NCBI GenBank assembly: GCA_963727445.1
Contig: CAVSGI010000008.1
Span: forward strand, 384,001 to 448,000
Reading direction: 5' to 3'
Origin: an uncultured delta proteobacterium
Lineage (GTDB): Bacteria > Myxococcota_A > Polyangia > Polyangiales > B10-G4
Length of the DNA: 64,000 nucleotides
Each line of letters begins with the position of its first letter. The first letter of the stretch is position 1. The notes beneath the pieces are model-generated. The model worked only from the letters and a program-made list of their open reading frames with translations, made no database searches and had not been told where the DNA came from. The position numbers were made by a program, and so were the translations under genes. Positions 11,102 to 20,148 of this stretch are shown in pieces.

Positions 11102-11797
11102 CTAAAACCGCACTCCCTGCACCACCCGCGGAATCTCCCCGCCAAACAGCGTCCGAAGCGCGCGCGGGGCGTCGTAGTCGTGCTGCTCGAGGACCTCCTC
11201 TAGCACTTCGACCTCGAGGGGAACGCGGCAGACGTCGTGGAGATAACGCGCGAGCGACGAGAGCTCAGCGGTCGCGCGTCGGTCGGGGTAGAGCGCGTGT
11301 TCGAAGTGCTGGAGCTGTGAAGCGAAGCCGATGTTGGGGAGCACGCCTGCCCTCCTTTCGCGCAGTCGATGAAACGCCTCGAGGAACGTTTGTCCTTCGG
11401 ACTTCATCAGCAGCGCGGTCGCCAGGGTCGCCGACCGACTGACTCCGGCCTCGCAGTGCACGAGCAGCTTGCTACCAGCGCGCTCGCTTGCACGCGCGGC
11501 GAAGTCGAAGAGCCGGGGAAAGGACGCGGCGATGTCCTGGTCCATGCCGTCGCGGAGGGCGATGCCCAGGGTCTGCACGTCCAGCCCCTCGAGCTTCACC
11601 TTCGAGAGCTCGGCTTCTTCGAGGCAGCTGACGACGTGCGTGATGCCCGCCTCCGCGAGCGTGGGCACGTCCTCGGGGCGAGGGCGCGCGCCCACGTAGA
11701 GCGTCTCGGTGATCCGATTGAACGGCTCCCCACGCGTCGTGATGGAGAGGTCGAAGTCGAGCCCGAGCAGAGCGAGCAGGCGGGATGTGAGGCTCAT
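11102..11797 (-). CDS. Dual-specificity protein phosphatase (DSPc)
   Basis: LLVHCEAGVSRSAT (HCx5R) and PNIGFASQL. Confidence 0.92.
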   Translation of the reverse strand: MSLTSRLLALLGLDFDLSITTRGEPFNRITETLYVGARPRPEDVPTLAEAGITHVVSCLEEAELSKVKLEGLDVQTLGIALRDGMDQDIAASFPRLFDFAARASERAGSKLLVHCEAGVSRSATLATALLMKSEGQTFLEAFHRLRERRAGVLPNIGFASQLQHFEHALYPDRRATAELSSLARYLHDVCRVPLEVEVLEEVLEQHDYDAPRALRTLFGGEIPRVVQGVRF

Positions 11798-11872
11798 GGA
11801 GGCCAGCGAGTCGAGCGTACAGGATAGCGTCCATCTCGTGACTCGCCGGCGGTGTTACGATGAACACCAACG

Positions 11873-13054
11873 ATGCGAACTCCGTCGCCGCCGACCCTCC
11901 CGGGCATCCTCGTCTTGCTGTCGACGCTCGCAGCCTGCGGAGGAGACGACGCCGCGACCGATGCCAGCGCCGACGCAACGATTGATGCGCTCGTCGATGC
12001 GACGACGGATGCGGACACCGACAGCTCGACCGCGGATAGCGCCGCGACCGATGGCGCGCCGACGGACGGCTCCTCCTCCGACGCCGCGGGCGACGCCTCG
12101 GCCTCCGACGCCGACGCCGGACCCCCGGCCGATTGCTTCGTCGTGCGCGAGCTCGGGAGCACGGACATCTTTTACGGCCTCGGGGTCGGCGCCGACGGAA
12201 GCGCCGCCACCGCCCACTGGGCGAGCGGCGGCCACCTCGGCGTCTCCACGAACGCGGGCGGCGCCGCCTGGGCACCGGTCTTCACGACCGACGACATCGT
12301 CACGTCCAGCACCGCCGCCGTCGCGCTGAACCCCCTCGGGCATGTGCACGTGACCTACGGCGGTGCGCACGCCACCAACGCCTCCGGCGCCTGGATGACG
12401 TTCACCGGGCGCGGCGCCACCGCCCTCGCCGCGGCGCCCGACGGCATCGTCCACGGCGTGACCGTGCGCACCGGCACCGAGCTGACGCACGTCGCCATCG
12501 ACGGCACGACGTGGACCCCGACCACGATCGCCATGCACGGCGCCGACCAGGCCGCCATCACCGTCGACCCCGCCGGCCGCCCCGCCATCGCCGTCATCGC
12601 GCAGAACACGACGACCTTCATCTACGAGCTCGTCCTCTTGCGCCTCGACGCAACCGGCACGTGGTCACGGGAGGTGGTCACGACCGACGTCTCGCGCTCG
12701 TGGGGCGTCGAGCTCGTCATCGGCCCGGACGACGCCGCCTACATCCTTCACGGAACCGGGCCGGGTCGCCTCGTCCTCACCCGCCAAGGCACGACGACCA
12801 CCGACGACGACATCGAGTCCGCGTACCGCCACTTCGACGTCGAGGTCGAAGACGACGGCACCCTCCACGTCGTCTGGGGCTACTTCAGCATCGGCATCTG
12901 GCACGCGGTCCTCGACGCCGGCACCTGGCGCCGCACCCAGGTCGTCGACACCTTCCTCGAAGGCGGCCTCGAGCTCTCCAAGGGCCCGAGCGGCGAGATC
13001 CTGCTGACGCACACGAGCAGCCGCACGGTGTATCAGACGCGGGTTTGCCGCTAG
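11873..13054 (+). CDS. Lipoprotein with acidic linker and probable beta-propeller domain
   Basis: Lipobox LAACGG; D/A/T-rich linker; repeated [AV]xxxxG.[VP]H[VI] blade-like units. Confidence 0.75.
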   Translation: MRTPSPPTLPGILVLLSTLAACGGDDAATDASADATIDALVDATTDADTDSSTADSAATDGAPTDGSSSDAAGDASASDADAGPPADCFVVRELGSTDIFYGLGVGADGSAATAHWASGGHLGVSTNAGGAAWAPVFTTDDIVTSSTAAVALNPLGHVHVTYGGAHATNASGAWMTFTGRGATALAAAPDGIVHGVTVRTGTELTHVAIDGTTWTPTTIAMHGADQAAITVDPAGRPAIAVIAQNTTTFIYELVLLRLDATGTWSREVVTTDVSRSWGVELVIGPDDAAYILHGTGPGRLVLTRQGTTTTDDDIESAYRHFDVEVEDDGTLHVVWGYFSIGIWHAVLDAGTWRRTQVVDTFLEGGLELSKGPSGEILLTHTSSRTVYQTRVCR

Positions 13055-13063
13055 GGCGACCGG

Positions 13064-13951
13064 TCAGACCAGACCACCCGACCCCGCCGCGTCGGGTGCC
13101 ACCAGTCGAACCGCGGACAGGCCCAGCTCCGACGCGAGACGCTCGCCGAGCTCGTGGTCGAGGTACGTCTCTTCCACCAGCCAACGATAGAAGCGCGAAG
13201 CAAGGTGGAGCAGCGCGCGCGCGAAGTCGACGATGTCGCGCGCGGGATGGGGAGTGCACGGAGAGAGGAGCCTCGTCACGAAGGGCTGGACCTGGAGGCG
13301 GCCGAAGCGGACAGCGCCCGTGGGTCCGGCGAGGTGCGTTGCCAGCAGGCCCAGCATCGAGGGAGCCGCGTCCGCGAGACGGGGATCGTCGAGGGTCGGC
13401 GCAAAGCGGGCAGCGAGCGCTTCGACCTCGCTGCGAAGGAAGTGCTCGTCCCGCGTCCGGGGCCCATGCCTCCGCGAAAGGCCCACGCTTTCGCGTCCGT
13501 CGTCCGTCTCTTCGAGCAGCCAGCACAGCTGGTCGTCGTCGATCCGCCCGTCCGCGTGGAGCCACCGGAAGAGCTTCGACAAGAGATCGTAGGTCCGCGC
13601 GTCCCCATAGCCCTGGCCGGCGAAGTACACGTAGCGATGCGCGCTGGTATGGAAGATCCATCCGCCGTCGACCAGCTCTTCCCAGTCGCTCACGAGCGAC
13701 AGGCATAGCAGCACCAGCGCGACGGTCACGTCCGGTCGCTTGGTCCGGACGGTTTCCACGAAGCGCGTCGCCAGGTCTGCCCAGCGACGCGGAAAAGGCA
13801 GCGTGACCACGTGCGCCCGCCATGCATGCTCCGCCGCACGAAGTGCATCGCCCTGCCGCGCCGCATCTCGCTTCGCGTCGAGCCGCGCCAACTTGATCTG
13901 CCCCACGCGCGCCCACATGGCGCGTTGCCCGGGCTTCTTGTGCTTGGCCAT
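13064..13951 (-). CDS. Hypothetical protein with two internal F[RY]RWL-type helical repeats
   Basis: RBS AAAGGGG; LLSKLFRWLHADGRID and LASRFYRWLVEETYLD. Confidence 0.65.
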   Translation of the reverse strand: MAKHKKPGQRAMWARVGQIKLARLDAKRDAARQGDALRAAEHAWRAHVVTLPFPRRWADLATRFVETVRTKRPDVTVALVLLCLSLVSDWEELVDGGWIFHTSAHRYVYFAGQGYGDARTYDLLSKLFRWLHADGRIDDDQLCWLLEETDDGRESVGLSRRHGPRTRDEHFLRSEVEALAARFAPTLDDPRLADAAPSMLGLLATHLAGPTGAVRFGRLQVQPFVTRLLSPCTPHPARDIVDFARALLHLASRFYRWLVEETYLDHELGERLASELGLSAVRLVAPDAAGSGGLV

Positions 13952-14310
13952 GGCCACCCCTTTCGTGTGGCCGTTATCGGGCGATGCCGCGGCGAGTTGC
14001 GCCTTCGCCTCAGCAGGAACATCTGCTTCAACGTCCATGGCTGCAGATTTGCATCGAGGACGTAGATCTCGTCGGCCAATTCGTGCGGGCGTAGAGCCGA
14101 TGCACGCGCCCCGACTCGATGTCGCCCGCCGGCCGCAGCACGGCCGTCCAAGTCGACGGCTCCCGCGGCGTACCGAACGTGGGCAGCAGCGCCTGGTACT
14201 CCGCGCTTTCGAACGAGGGCTCGAGGTTGGTTCGAAGCTCTGCCCCCGAGCCGGGACACCCCGGCGGGGTGACAGGGACGGTCACGCCCACGCTGCCTGC
14301 CCGACACCGC

Positions 14311-14344
14311 GCAACGCATTGCACGCCCGCGTGCAACGCGATGC
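14311..14344. promoter_or_regulatory. Candidate enhancer (UAS): palindrome TTGCACGC-CC-GCGTGCAA overlapping two GCAACGC direct repeats 22 bp apart
   Basis: Seen at 14319-14336 and at 14311/14333, about 100-135 bp upstream of the predicted sigma54 start site. Confidence 0.5.
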
Positions 14345-14418
14345 CGTCCGCCCCACCCCACTCGGCTGCATGGCGAGACAAACCCTGCACACGCAGCCAG
14401 AACCAAACAGATCCCATC

Positions 14419-14434
14419 CGGCGCGCACCTTGCA
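14419..14434 (+). promoter_or_regulatory. Putative sigma54 promoter of the HK/bEBP operon
   Basis: CGGCGCGCACCTTGCA (GG-N10-GC with canonical TTGC). Confidence 0.65.
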
Positions 14435-14446
14435 AGGCGGCTCGCC

Positions 14447-15964
14447 GTGTCCTTCGCGACCGTCAACCCACTCGTCGCGTTTGCGGCATTGGTCTACCTC
14501 GCCATCGGTCTGGTCGCCGTGCGACGCGCGGGTGACGTCCCTCTCGCGCGCCCTCTCGCCTTCTTCGCCCTCGGCCTCTTCGCGTACGTCTTCTTCGAGC
14601 AGGGCACGCCGCCCCCTTCCGAGGGCCCCGCCGACGCTGTCGAAAACGCCATCGCATCGCTCATCTTCATCCCGGCTGTCGAGCTGCTCCTCGCCTTCGC
14701 GGGCCGTCGCCGACCCTATCGATGGGTACGCATCGCGGCCCTCGTGTTCTACGTGCCCCTCGCCCTCTACTGCTTCCTCCCGTTCTTCGAGCAAGGGCAC
14801 TGGGAGCTGGCGATGCTCGCTGGCTTGATCTTCTTCTTCGGGGTCCCCGGATGGGTACTCGTTGCTCATTATCGCCATAGCGGCGCCGTCGAACGAGGAC
14901 GCACCTTGCTCCTCTTGGGAGGACTGCTGCTCGGTGGAGTGGGCGCCGCCAGCACGCTCCTCGCCGCCTACGGCGCGCCCCGCCTTCTCGACATCGGGAT
15001 GGTTGCAGCAGGCCTGCTGCTCGCGGCGCTGGTCTTCGACCGCAAGCTCTTGCGTCGTTCTTCGCAGCTCTCCGCGCTCATCGCCGCCGTCTTTGCCGCG
15101 CTCGTGGTCGCGGGTGAGGTCGTCCTCTTTTCCATTCGCGAGCAAACCGGCGGCTTGTTCGTCGCCGGAACCTTCACCCTGGTGCTCATCGCATTTGCCG
15201 CGGTGCGACCGGCGTTTGCGGCCGCGGCTCGGGAACGGGGCCGGATTCAGCACCTGGCAACCCTGGGTCGTCTGGCCGAGCAGATGCAACACGACATCCT
15301 CAATCCTCTCAGCGTCATCTCCGGCAACATCCAGCTCCTCAAGGAGGAGCTCCGGTTGGGCCACTCCATCGACACGGCCGAAGAGAGCCTGGATTCCATG
15401 CTCGCGGCCTCGAATCGCGTCGCGCAGATGGTCCGGGACTATCGCCGCCTCAGCCGCGTCGATCCCCGGCCCGCGAGGGTACGGCTCTCCTCGATTTTGC
15501 TCGGCATCGTCGAGGCGCAGCGCATGGGCCTCGAGGGAGTCCGGCTTGCCGCGATCCTTCCGGAGCATCTCGTCAGGTGCGAGCTCATGGCAGATCCCGA
15601 CCTTCTGGTCACCGCCCTCGAGAACCTGATCCGCAACGCCCATCAGGCCATCACCGAAAAGCGAACGGGCTCCACCATCCAGGTCGCCATGGCGAAGCGC
15701 GGAAGCCAGATCGCCGTTTCGGTCGAGGACGACGGTCCCGGCATGGACGCGCGGATGGTCGAGCAAGCGTGCGATCACTACTTCACGACCCGCGACACGG
15801 GCACTGGGCTTGGCCTCTCCTACGCGGGCCGCGTCGCCCAGGCGCACGGAGGCGAGTTGACGATCGACAGCACCGAGGGGAAAGGGACGGTGATCACGAT
15901 GCATTTGCCACTGACGAATCGAACCATTTGTTCGACTGATACGCTGAGGTCGAACCATGACTGA
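14447..15964 (+). CDS. Membrane sensor histidine kinase (multi-TM N-terminus)
   Basis: About 8 hydrophobic segments; H-box QHDILNPL, N-box NLIRNA, EDDGPG, GTGLGL. Confidence 0.92.
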   Translation: MSFATVNPLVAFAALVYLAIGLVAVRRAGDVPLARPLAFFALGLFAYVFFEQGTPPPSEGPADAVENAIASLIFIPAVELLLAFAGRRRPYRWVRIAALVFYVPLALYCFLPFFEQGHWELAMLAGLIFFFGVPGWVLVAHYRHSGAVERGRTLLLLGGLLLGGVGAASTLLAAYGAPRLLDIGMVAAGLLLAALVFDRKLLRRSSQLSALIAAVFAALVVAGEVVLFSIREQTGGLFVAGTFTLVLIAFAAVRPAFAAAARERGRIQHLATLGRLAEQMQHDILNPLSVISGNIQLLKEELRLGHSIDTAEESLDSMLAASNRVAQMVRDYRRLSRVDPRPARVRLSSILLGIVEAQRMGLEGVRLAAILPEHLVRCELMADPDLLVTALENLIRNAHQAITEKRTGSTIQVAMAKRGSQIAVSVEDDGPGMDARMVEQACDHYFTTRDTGTGLGLSYAGRVAQAHGGELTIDSTEGKGTVITMHLPLTNRTICSTDTLRSNHD

Positions 15965-17366
15965 CCGGCTCTCCGTACTCGTCGTCGACGACGAAGCACC
16001 CGTCGGGGACGTCTTGTGTGCGCTGTTGAAGCAGGCCGGAAACGAAGCGCACTTCGTCACGAGCGCGGCCGAGGCGCTCACCGCGGTCGACGACGGCAGC
16101 TTCGACTGCGTCATCGCGGACTACAAGATGCCCGGGATGAACGGCAACGAGCTGCTCGCGGAGCTCAAGCGCCGCGACCCGGCTCTGCCGGTGATCATGC
16201 TCTCTGCGTTCGACACGGAATCCTACATCGTCGAGGCCAAGCAGCTCGGTGCAGCGGATTGGCTCTTCAAGCCGATCAAGGCCGACGTCGTGAAGCAGGC
16301 GGTGAAGAGGGCGACTCAGCTGGCCGCCCGCGCCCAAGCGTCGCCGCCCGAACTGCCGAGGTCCGGCGGCATCGTCGGCAGCTCGGCCGTCATGGCCAAG
16401 CGTCTGAAGCGCATCGACCAGATCGCCAAAGCCCAGGGGAGTGCGCTCGTGCGTGGCGAGAGCGGCACGGGCAAGGAGCTGGTGGCCCGGGCGATTCACA
16501 AGCAGAGCGCCCGACGGGATGGACCGTTCATCCCCGTGAACTGCGCAGCAGTGGCGCAGACCCTCGTCGAGAGCGAGTTCTTCGGGCACGAGAAGGGTGC
16601 GTTTACCGGTGCGCACGCCCGTAGGTTGGGTCTGATCGCGCTCGCCGAGGGCGGCACGCTCTTCTTGGACGAGATCGGCGACTTGCCCCTGCCGATCCAG
16701 TCGACGCTGCTCCGCTTCCTGGCAGAGAAGAAGTACCGCCCGCTGGGAGCCGCGAGCATGCTCCCGGCCGACGTGCGCATCGTCGCCGCGACGCACCAGG
16801 ACCTCGACGCGATGGCGAAGGACGGTCGTTTTCGTGAGGACCTCCTCTTCCGAGTGAACACGCTCACCGTGGAGCTGCCGCCGCTCCGCGACCGTGGCGA
16901 CGACATCCGGGAGCTCGCCCTCACGTTTCTGGCCGAGCTCGGCCCGACCAACGGAAAGCCGCATCTCAGGTTTGCGGACGACGCCCTCGACGCGCTGATG
17001 CAGTACACGTACCCAGGCAACGTCAGGGAGCTCTCGCATCTCGTCGAGCGGCTCGTCGTGTTCACCGACGGCGCCACAATCAAGGCTTCCGACGTGAGAG
17101 AGGAGCTTCCGGCGCAGACGAGTGTCGGGCCGAGCGGCGCAGGGTCGGGTGGCGGGGGACTGGCTGAGAGACTCGAACGGAAACTGGACGCCACGCGGAG
17201 GGAGTTCCTCGTCGAAGCCCTCGAGCGCACGGGCGGAAACGTCACTCAGGCCGCACGCCTGCTCGGGCTCGCACGACGCACAGGCAACTACTGGATTCGA
17301 AAGTTCGACATCGACGTCTCCCGCTTCCGAGGCGTCGGCAGGAATGGGGGCGGCGTCGGCGAGTAG
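15957..17366 (+). CDS. Sigma54-dependent response regulator (NtrC family bEBP)
   Basis: REC domain (VVDDE, DYKMP), GESGTGKE, GAFTGA, LFLDEIG, PGNVREL, Fis-type HTH. Confidence 0.96.
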   Translation: MTDRLSVLVVDDEAPVGDVLCALLKQAGNEAHFVTSAAEALTAVDDGSFDCVIADYKMPGMNGNELLAELKRRDPALPVIMLSAFDTESYIVEAKQLGAADWLFKPIKADVVKQAVKRATQLAARAQASPPELPRSGGIVGSSAVMAKRLKRIDQIAKAQGSALVRGESGTGKELVARAIHKQSARRDGPFIPVNCAAVAQTLVESEFFGHEKGAFTGAHARRLGLIALAEGGTLFLDEIGDLPLPIQSTLLRFLAEKKYRPLGAASMLPADVRIVAATHQDLDAMAKDGRFREDLLFRVNTLTVELPPLRDRGDDIRELALTFLAELGPTNGKPHLRFADDALDALMQYTYPGNVRELSHLVERLVVFTDGATIKASDVREELPAQTSVGPSGAGSGGGGLAERLERKLDATRREFLVEALERTGGNVTQAARLLGLARRTGNYWIRKFDIDVSRFRGVGRNGGGVGE

Positions 17367-17393
17367 GCGACAGGCCGGCATTGGGGGGGGGAC

Positions 17394-18821
17394 ATGGGAC
17401 TATTCGACTTCTTCAAGAGCGGCCCACCGAAGGATCTGCGCGCCGAGCTCTTCGATGCCGTCGAACGGCAGGACGGCCACGCGCTTTCGCGGCTCTGTGA
17501 CGCGCACCACGCGCAGATCCTCGCCGAGTTCCCGAGCTGGCAGAAGCCGCCCGAGGACGTACGCAGCGACCCGCAGGCCATGCAGCGCTACGCCAACGGG
17601 CTCATCGGCCTCGCGATGTACTTCATGCAGGAGCGCGGCGAACCCGCGCTCCTCACACGCCTGCAGGGGGGCGACGGGTCTTCGGACAATCCCATCAACG
17701 CATGGCATGACGCGCTCAATCGCGCGGAGCGCCACAAGGCGAACCTCGAACTCGACGAGGGCATCGTCGTGCTCGAGGATGCCCTCGCCCGTGCACAGGC
17801 GCTCACGGGCAGCGGGGTCGATCGTCTCTTGCCGATCACCCTCGGCAGCCTGGGTGTGTTGCAGTTCCAGGTCGGCGCGACCGAGGAAGCGTTGTCCTCG
17901 ACGAAACGCGCACTCGATCTATGCCGCGCGGCAAACGACGTCGAGGGGATACAGGCGTACCTCAGCAACCTCTACGAGTTTCACCGCTACGCCGGCGAGA
18001 GCACCGAGGCCGCCGATTGTGCTGAACAGCTCGCCCAGCTCCCGATTCCCGACGGCCCGTGGTTCCGTTCCCAGGCGACCATCGTTCGAAACGGCGAGCC
18101 GCTGAACCGCGTCGTCGTCGTGGTGGAAGGCCGCAAAATGGAGGTCGATGACGCCCCCACGGAGGGCCACCTCACCTTCGTGAACCAGCGCAACCGACAG
18201 AACCTCCTCGCCGCCACCATCTGGACCCAACGGGGCATGGACCTGGGTCGCGAAGGCCGATTCGAAGAGGCGCTCGAGGCGTTCGGAAAAGCGGCGCAGG
18301 CCGACGCGCACGCGCCCGACCCTCACTATCAGTCCGCCGTCACCCACATCTACCTGCGACAGCATCGTGCTGCCGCCGAGGCCTACCGTCGCACGGAGGC
18401 GCTCGCCCCCGGCTGGTTCCATTGCCGCTCCGAGGCCTGGCTCGCCGAACAAGCCGCCGCGGGTCGCCTCCCCCACGACACCCTCATCCTCATCCTCGAA
18501 GCCATCGACGGCCACGGCGATCCCGCCGATCTCCTCCGCCGCGCCCGCATCGCACTCACAGAGACCCCAGACGTCCCCCTGCTCGACCTCGCCGCCGCGA
18601 AGCTCCTCTCCTCCCTCGGCGACCGGCCCGGGGCGATCCCCCACCTTCGCCAAGGCCTCACCAAATCCCCCGAGCCCGACACCAAGACCCGCCTCCTCCT
18701 CGACCTCGCCCTCGCCCTCGACGCGGGCGACGAAAGCACTGCCCTACTGAGGGAAGCCGCCGTCCTCGACGGAAACCTCGTCGCCGGCGCCACGGCGCGC
18801 CTGGCGCTGCGGCGGCGTTGA
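17394..18821 (+). CDS. Tetratricopeptide repeat protein
   Basis: TPR-like helices (LGSLGVL..GATEEAL; RGMDLGREGRFEEALEAF); amphipathic start MGLFDFFK. Confidence 0.8.
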   Translation: MGLFDFFKSGPPKDLRAELFDAVERQDGHALSRLCDAHHAQILAEFPSWQKPPEDVRSDPQAMQRYANGLIGLAMYFMQERGEPALLTRLQGGDGSSDNPINAWHDALNRAERHKANLELDEGIVVLEDALARAQALTGSGVDRLLPITLGSLGVLQFQVGATEEALSSTKRALDLCRAANDVEGIQAYLSNLYEFHRYAGESTEAADCAEQLAQLPIPDGPWFRSQATIVRNGEPLNRVVVVVEGRKMEVDDAPTEGHLTFVNQRNRQNLLAATIWTQRGMDLGREGRFEEALEAFGKAAQADAHAPDPHYQSAVTHIYLRQHRAAAEAYRRTEALAPGWFHCRSEAWLAEQAAAGRLPHDTLILILEAIDGHGDPADLLRRARIALTETPDVPLLDLAAAKLLSSLGDRPGAIPHLRQGLTKSPEPDTKTRLLLDLALALDAGDESTALLREAAVLDGNLVAGATARLALRRR

Positions 18822-18949
18822 GGCCGGCGTCCACTCACCGCACCCGCTCCCTCCCCACCACCATCACCGGCGGTCGCTCGACCGGCCGCTTCGTTCGGCG
18901 GCCACAAACCCGCCCGCGCCCCCGCCACGCCGCGCACCCCCGCGCGACG

Positions 18950-19592
18950 CTCCGCGATCTCGACCTCCTCCGACAACACGCTCGGCGACTTCGACAACTC
19001 CGTGACCATCGGCGGCTTCGACGTGGTGGGCGGGACGTTCGGGAGCACGTACATCGCGCGGCTCTCCGCGGCGGGCGAGCTCGAGCTCCTCGCGGACCTG
19101 GTCGGGTTCTTCGGTCGGGCGGACATGGAGCTCGGGCCCGACGGGCTCTACCTGAGCAGCGAGTTCCGCGGCTCCTACGACTTCGGCTCGGGGACGATCC
19201 GGCACGACGCGACGAACCCGTTCCTGCTCGCGCTCGATCTGGACGCGGCGTTTCGCTGGGTCGTGTCGGGCGTCGGGCCCGACGACTCGAGCAGCAACGG
19301 CGGGGGCGGCATCGACGTGGCGCCGGACGGGACGCCGTGGATGCTGGGCTCGGTCCAGCGCGAGATCACCTTCGCCGAGACGCGCATCGTCAACCTCGAC
19401 GAGCCCGGCACGTCCTTCGTCGCGCACCTCGCGGCGGCCGACGGCGGGCCCGTGCTCGTCAGCCAGCTCGACGGCCTCGGCGGCGAGTACCTCGGGTGGG
19501 CGGGCGACCGAGGACGCCCCGCTGGAGATTCGCGGCCTCGAGCTCACCGAGGAGCAGCGACTCGCCCCGGGGCGAGCTACTCCCGCCAGTAA
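18950..19592 (+). pseudogene. Fragment of a beta-propeller (SBBP-like) surface protein (limits approximate)
   Basis: GDFDNSVTIGG...TYIARLSAAG, FLLALD...WV, GIDVAPDG; no signal peptide or RBS; degenerate ends. Confidence 0.5.
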
Positions 19593-19736
19593 TCCTGCCC
19601 CTCCGCTCCGTCGAACGCGCCGCTCTTCGAGCAACACCGCTCGAAACCGCCGCCCGGAGCCACAGGGGCAGGGGTCGTTTCGCCCCAGCTTCTCCACGAG
19701 CACCTTGCCGTCGCCGACGGTGCAGTAGCTCCCCAA
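19577..19736 (-). CDS. Small SEC-C zinc-motif protein that needs a +1 frameshift at TTT_CGA
   Basis: EKLGRNDPCPCGSGRRF in frame 0; (F)ERCCSKSGAFDGAEGQDYWRE* in the +1 frame completes the SEC-C motif. Confidence 0.65.
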
Positions 19737-19853
19737 ACTCGCGCCCCCGAGGTCTCAGGACGAGCGCGACGAGATGCTGACGGCGTTGGGCCTGGGCGAC
19801 GACTCGGCGCGGGGCGAGTCGGGCTGACGCGCGGCAGAACGACCGGCGCGGCG

Positions 19854-20111
19854 CTACGAAGCCTTCTTCTCGAGGTCGCCGACGCGCGCCGCGAGGGCAT
19901 CGAGGTCTTCGCGGAGTCGGCGCGTCTCGCCGCCCGCGACGGAGAGGAAGTTGTCGAAGCGCCCTTCGAGGCCGCCCAGGCGCCGGTTGGTCTCGTCCAG
20001 ACGCTGGTTCGTCTCGTCCAGACGCTGGTTCGTCTCGACAGCGAGGTCGGCGAGCGTATCGAAGCCCTTCTCCATGATGCGAGCCAGACGCTCGATTTGC
20101 TCCTTCGTCAT
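19854..20111 (-). CDS. Small coiled-coil protein with heptad repeats
   Basis: GGAGG RBS; ETNQRLD ETNQRLD ETNRRLG. Confidence 0.7.
   Translation of the reverse strand: MTKEQIERLARIMEKGFDTLADLAVETNQRLDETNQRLDETNRRLGGLEGRFDNFLSVAGGETRRLREDLDALAARVGDLEKKAS
19990..20037. repeat. 21-bp coding tandem repeat (two full units plus a partial)
   Basis: gtctcgtccagacgctggttc x2 plus gtctcg. Confidence 0.85.
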
Positions 20112-20148
20112 CGCTTCCTCCAGGGTAGCACCGAACCCACGAGGCGGC

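Noticed and set aside
14028..14435. 135-aa minus-strand ORF in the intergenic region
   Set aside because: It has no recognisable motif and overlaps the sigma54 promoter and enhancer-like palindromes, so the region is better explained as regulatory DNA.
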